DNA of 64,000 nucleotides. Source: Gammaproteobacteria bacterium. Its GTDB lineage: Bacteria > Pseudomonadota > Gammaproteobacteria > Eutrophobiales > Eutrophobiaceae. Position 1 is the first letter of the stretch. The number at the start of each line of letters is the position of its first letter. The position numbers and the translations under genes were made by a program. Location: contig OZ250183.1 in the NCBI GenBank assembly GCA_965238225.1, forward strand, positions 864,001-928,000. Direction: 5' to 3'. The notes below the pieces were generated by a model. It had not been told where the DNA came from, searched no databases, and saw only the letters and a list, made by a program, of their open reading frames with translations. Positions 62,746 to 64,000 of this stretch are shown here, piece by piece.

Positions 62746-63084
62746 TAGTAAAAACAACCTTTAACCTAAAATATTAAGAATGAAGGTAAGATTTATACAT
62801 ATAAATTACGCGTTATCAATTTAGAAATGTGATATCGATCATCAAAAAAACCACCGATTTTAGAATTTCCAAAATTTACTTAACTAGATCGTTTGTTAAA
62901 GACCCAAGGACTTATTTGAGATTTAATTGAAAAGACAGCATGTTAAGCAAAATAGGTATTTATAATACTAATTTTTTTAGTCCAGCATAAATATAGTCCA
63001 GTACAAATATCAAAATACATGTGTCATAAGGGAATATGTTATCATTTAGCAATTGTCCGCAGTGGCAACATAAATCAATAATCA

Positions 63085-63744
63085 ATGACAAAAATAAATT
63101 ATATCTACCTAATTAATAAAGGTTTATTTATAATTTTTACAATGGTAAATGTTCATGCCAAGGTATTTGCTGATGAGGCCTTAAGGCCAGGTGTTGATTG
63201 TTCTGAGGTGTCAATTAATTATACTGACGACCCTGATATGACTCAAAGTGAAAAGATTGCAGCGATGGATAGAGCCTTTTTCGAATCTATAGAGCGTTTT
63301 GAGTTGTGCAATCTCACAAATCAATCTAACGCATCGTCACAGTCGGCAGGCGGGGGAGGTGAAGCAAGCGCAGACGGTAGCGAATCAAGTGTCGAATCTG
63401 CGGTAAGCCCATTAATGACAGGTACGGAAACAGAATCAAGCTTGCAGTTTTCTGACGCTATCGATGATTCTATTGATGACTCAGGCACGAACGACCCAGA
63501 CACATCAGAAGATATCATAAAAGAGGAGCTCATAACTCATAGAGCCATTAACCCAAATGGCGCAGTGCCTGAAGATATTCCCGCTGTCAATAATGATGGT
63601 GTAGTAGCAGCTCAGATTCGACGCGCAGCTGAATTAGAAGAAGAACCCATAAAAAAACAAAAACTCTGGAACGAATACCGAAAATACAAAGGACTCCCCA
63701 TTAAAAATAATAAATCCCAAAATAATGAACTGCAAAGAAAATGA
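63085..63744 (+). CDS. Hypothetical secreted acidic protein
   Basis: Signal-like N-terminus, Ser/Asp-rich linker, C-terminal PEDIPAVNNDGVVAAQIRRAAE...LWNEYRKYKG. Confidence 0.75.
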   Translation: MTKINYIYLINKGLFIIFTMVNVHAKVFADEALRPGVDCSEVSINYTDDPDMTQSEKIAAMDRAFFESIERFELCNLTNQSNASSQSAGGGGEASADGSESSVESAVSPLMTGTETESSLQFSDAIDDSIDDSGTNDPDTSEDIIKEELITHRAINPNGAVPEDIPAVNNDGVVAAQIRRAAELEEEPIKKQKLWNEYRKYKGLPIKNNKSQNNELQRK

Positions 63745-64000
63745 ACCATAAATACGAAACACCCAGAAAAATTATTGCCTGTTTGCTTATCTATTCACAC
63801 TTTCTAGCCGGGTGCGTGACAACAGGAAGTCAAAACGGAGTAGTGAAAGCAGGGCCGGAACCTTCCTCTGCCCACGAAAAAAAGGCTTCTGCTAAGTTAG
63901 CCTCGGCAGCTATCAAACTGGACATCATCATTCCTGTTTTTGATCCAGGCTTACCCGAAGATGAGGATTATGAAAAGCAAGGGATATGGCCTGAGTTACG
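63741..64000 (+). CDS. Hypothetical lipoprotein (runs off the window end)
   Basis: ATGA overlap with the previous gene; lipobox LAGC; LDIIIPVFDPGLPED...GIWPEL. Confidence 0.75.
   Translation, partial: MNHKYETPRKIIACLLIYSHFLAGCVTTGSQNGVVKAGPEPSSAHEKKASAKLASAAIKLDIIIPVFDPGLPEDEDYEKQGIWPEL

Noticed and set aside
62825-62846. CRP/FNR-like site AAATGTGA-N6-TCATC
   Set aside because: Right half-site is imperfect and the surroundings are AT-rich, so a chance match is plausible

Overview
Chromosomal segment of an AT-rich Gammaproteobacterium. Core blocks: asd-fimV-truA-trpFBA-accD-folC-dedD-cvpA-purF-metZ (SAM-II-like riboswitch before metZ); ccmA-I; ssrA-smpB-ratAB-bamE-fur-recN-nadK-hrcA-grpE-dnaK-dnaJ-dapB; bolA-yciI-ispZ-yciO-trpS-scpAB-rluB-nth-like-tpiA-secG-tRNA-Leu(GAG). 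Three accessory regions interrupt them. (1) 15.0-28.8 kb: a serine-cycle-type cluster (sgaA-mcl-mtkAB-hpr-like) whose ppc is destroyed, followed by a CusCBA-type efflux system. (2) 35.9-39.7 kb, at the 3' end of tmRNA: an eroded defence-type island with an RxxxxH (HEPN-like) orphan followed by an attC-like remnant, stubs of a type I HsdM and a type ISP R-M gene flanking nagB, and an XRE-HTH/ImmA-IrrE peptidase plus DUF4411-like PIN pair. (3) After tRNA-Leu: orphan genes, including a membrane protein and an uncharacterised acidic secreted protein plus lipoprotein operon. FimV carries a nested, near-identical tandem amplification. All calls come from motif recognition by eye; no searches were run.
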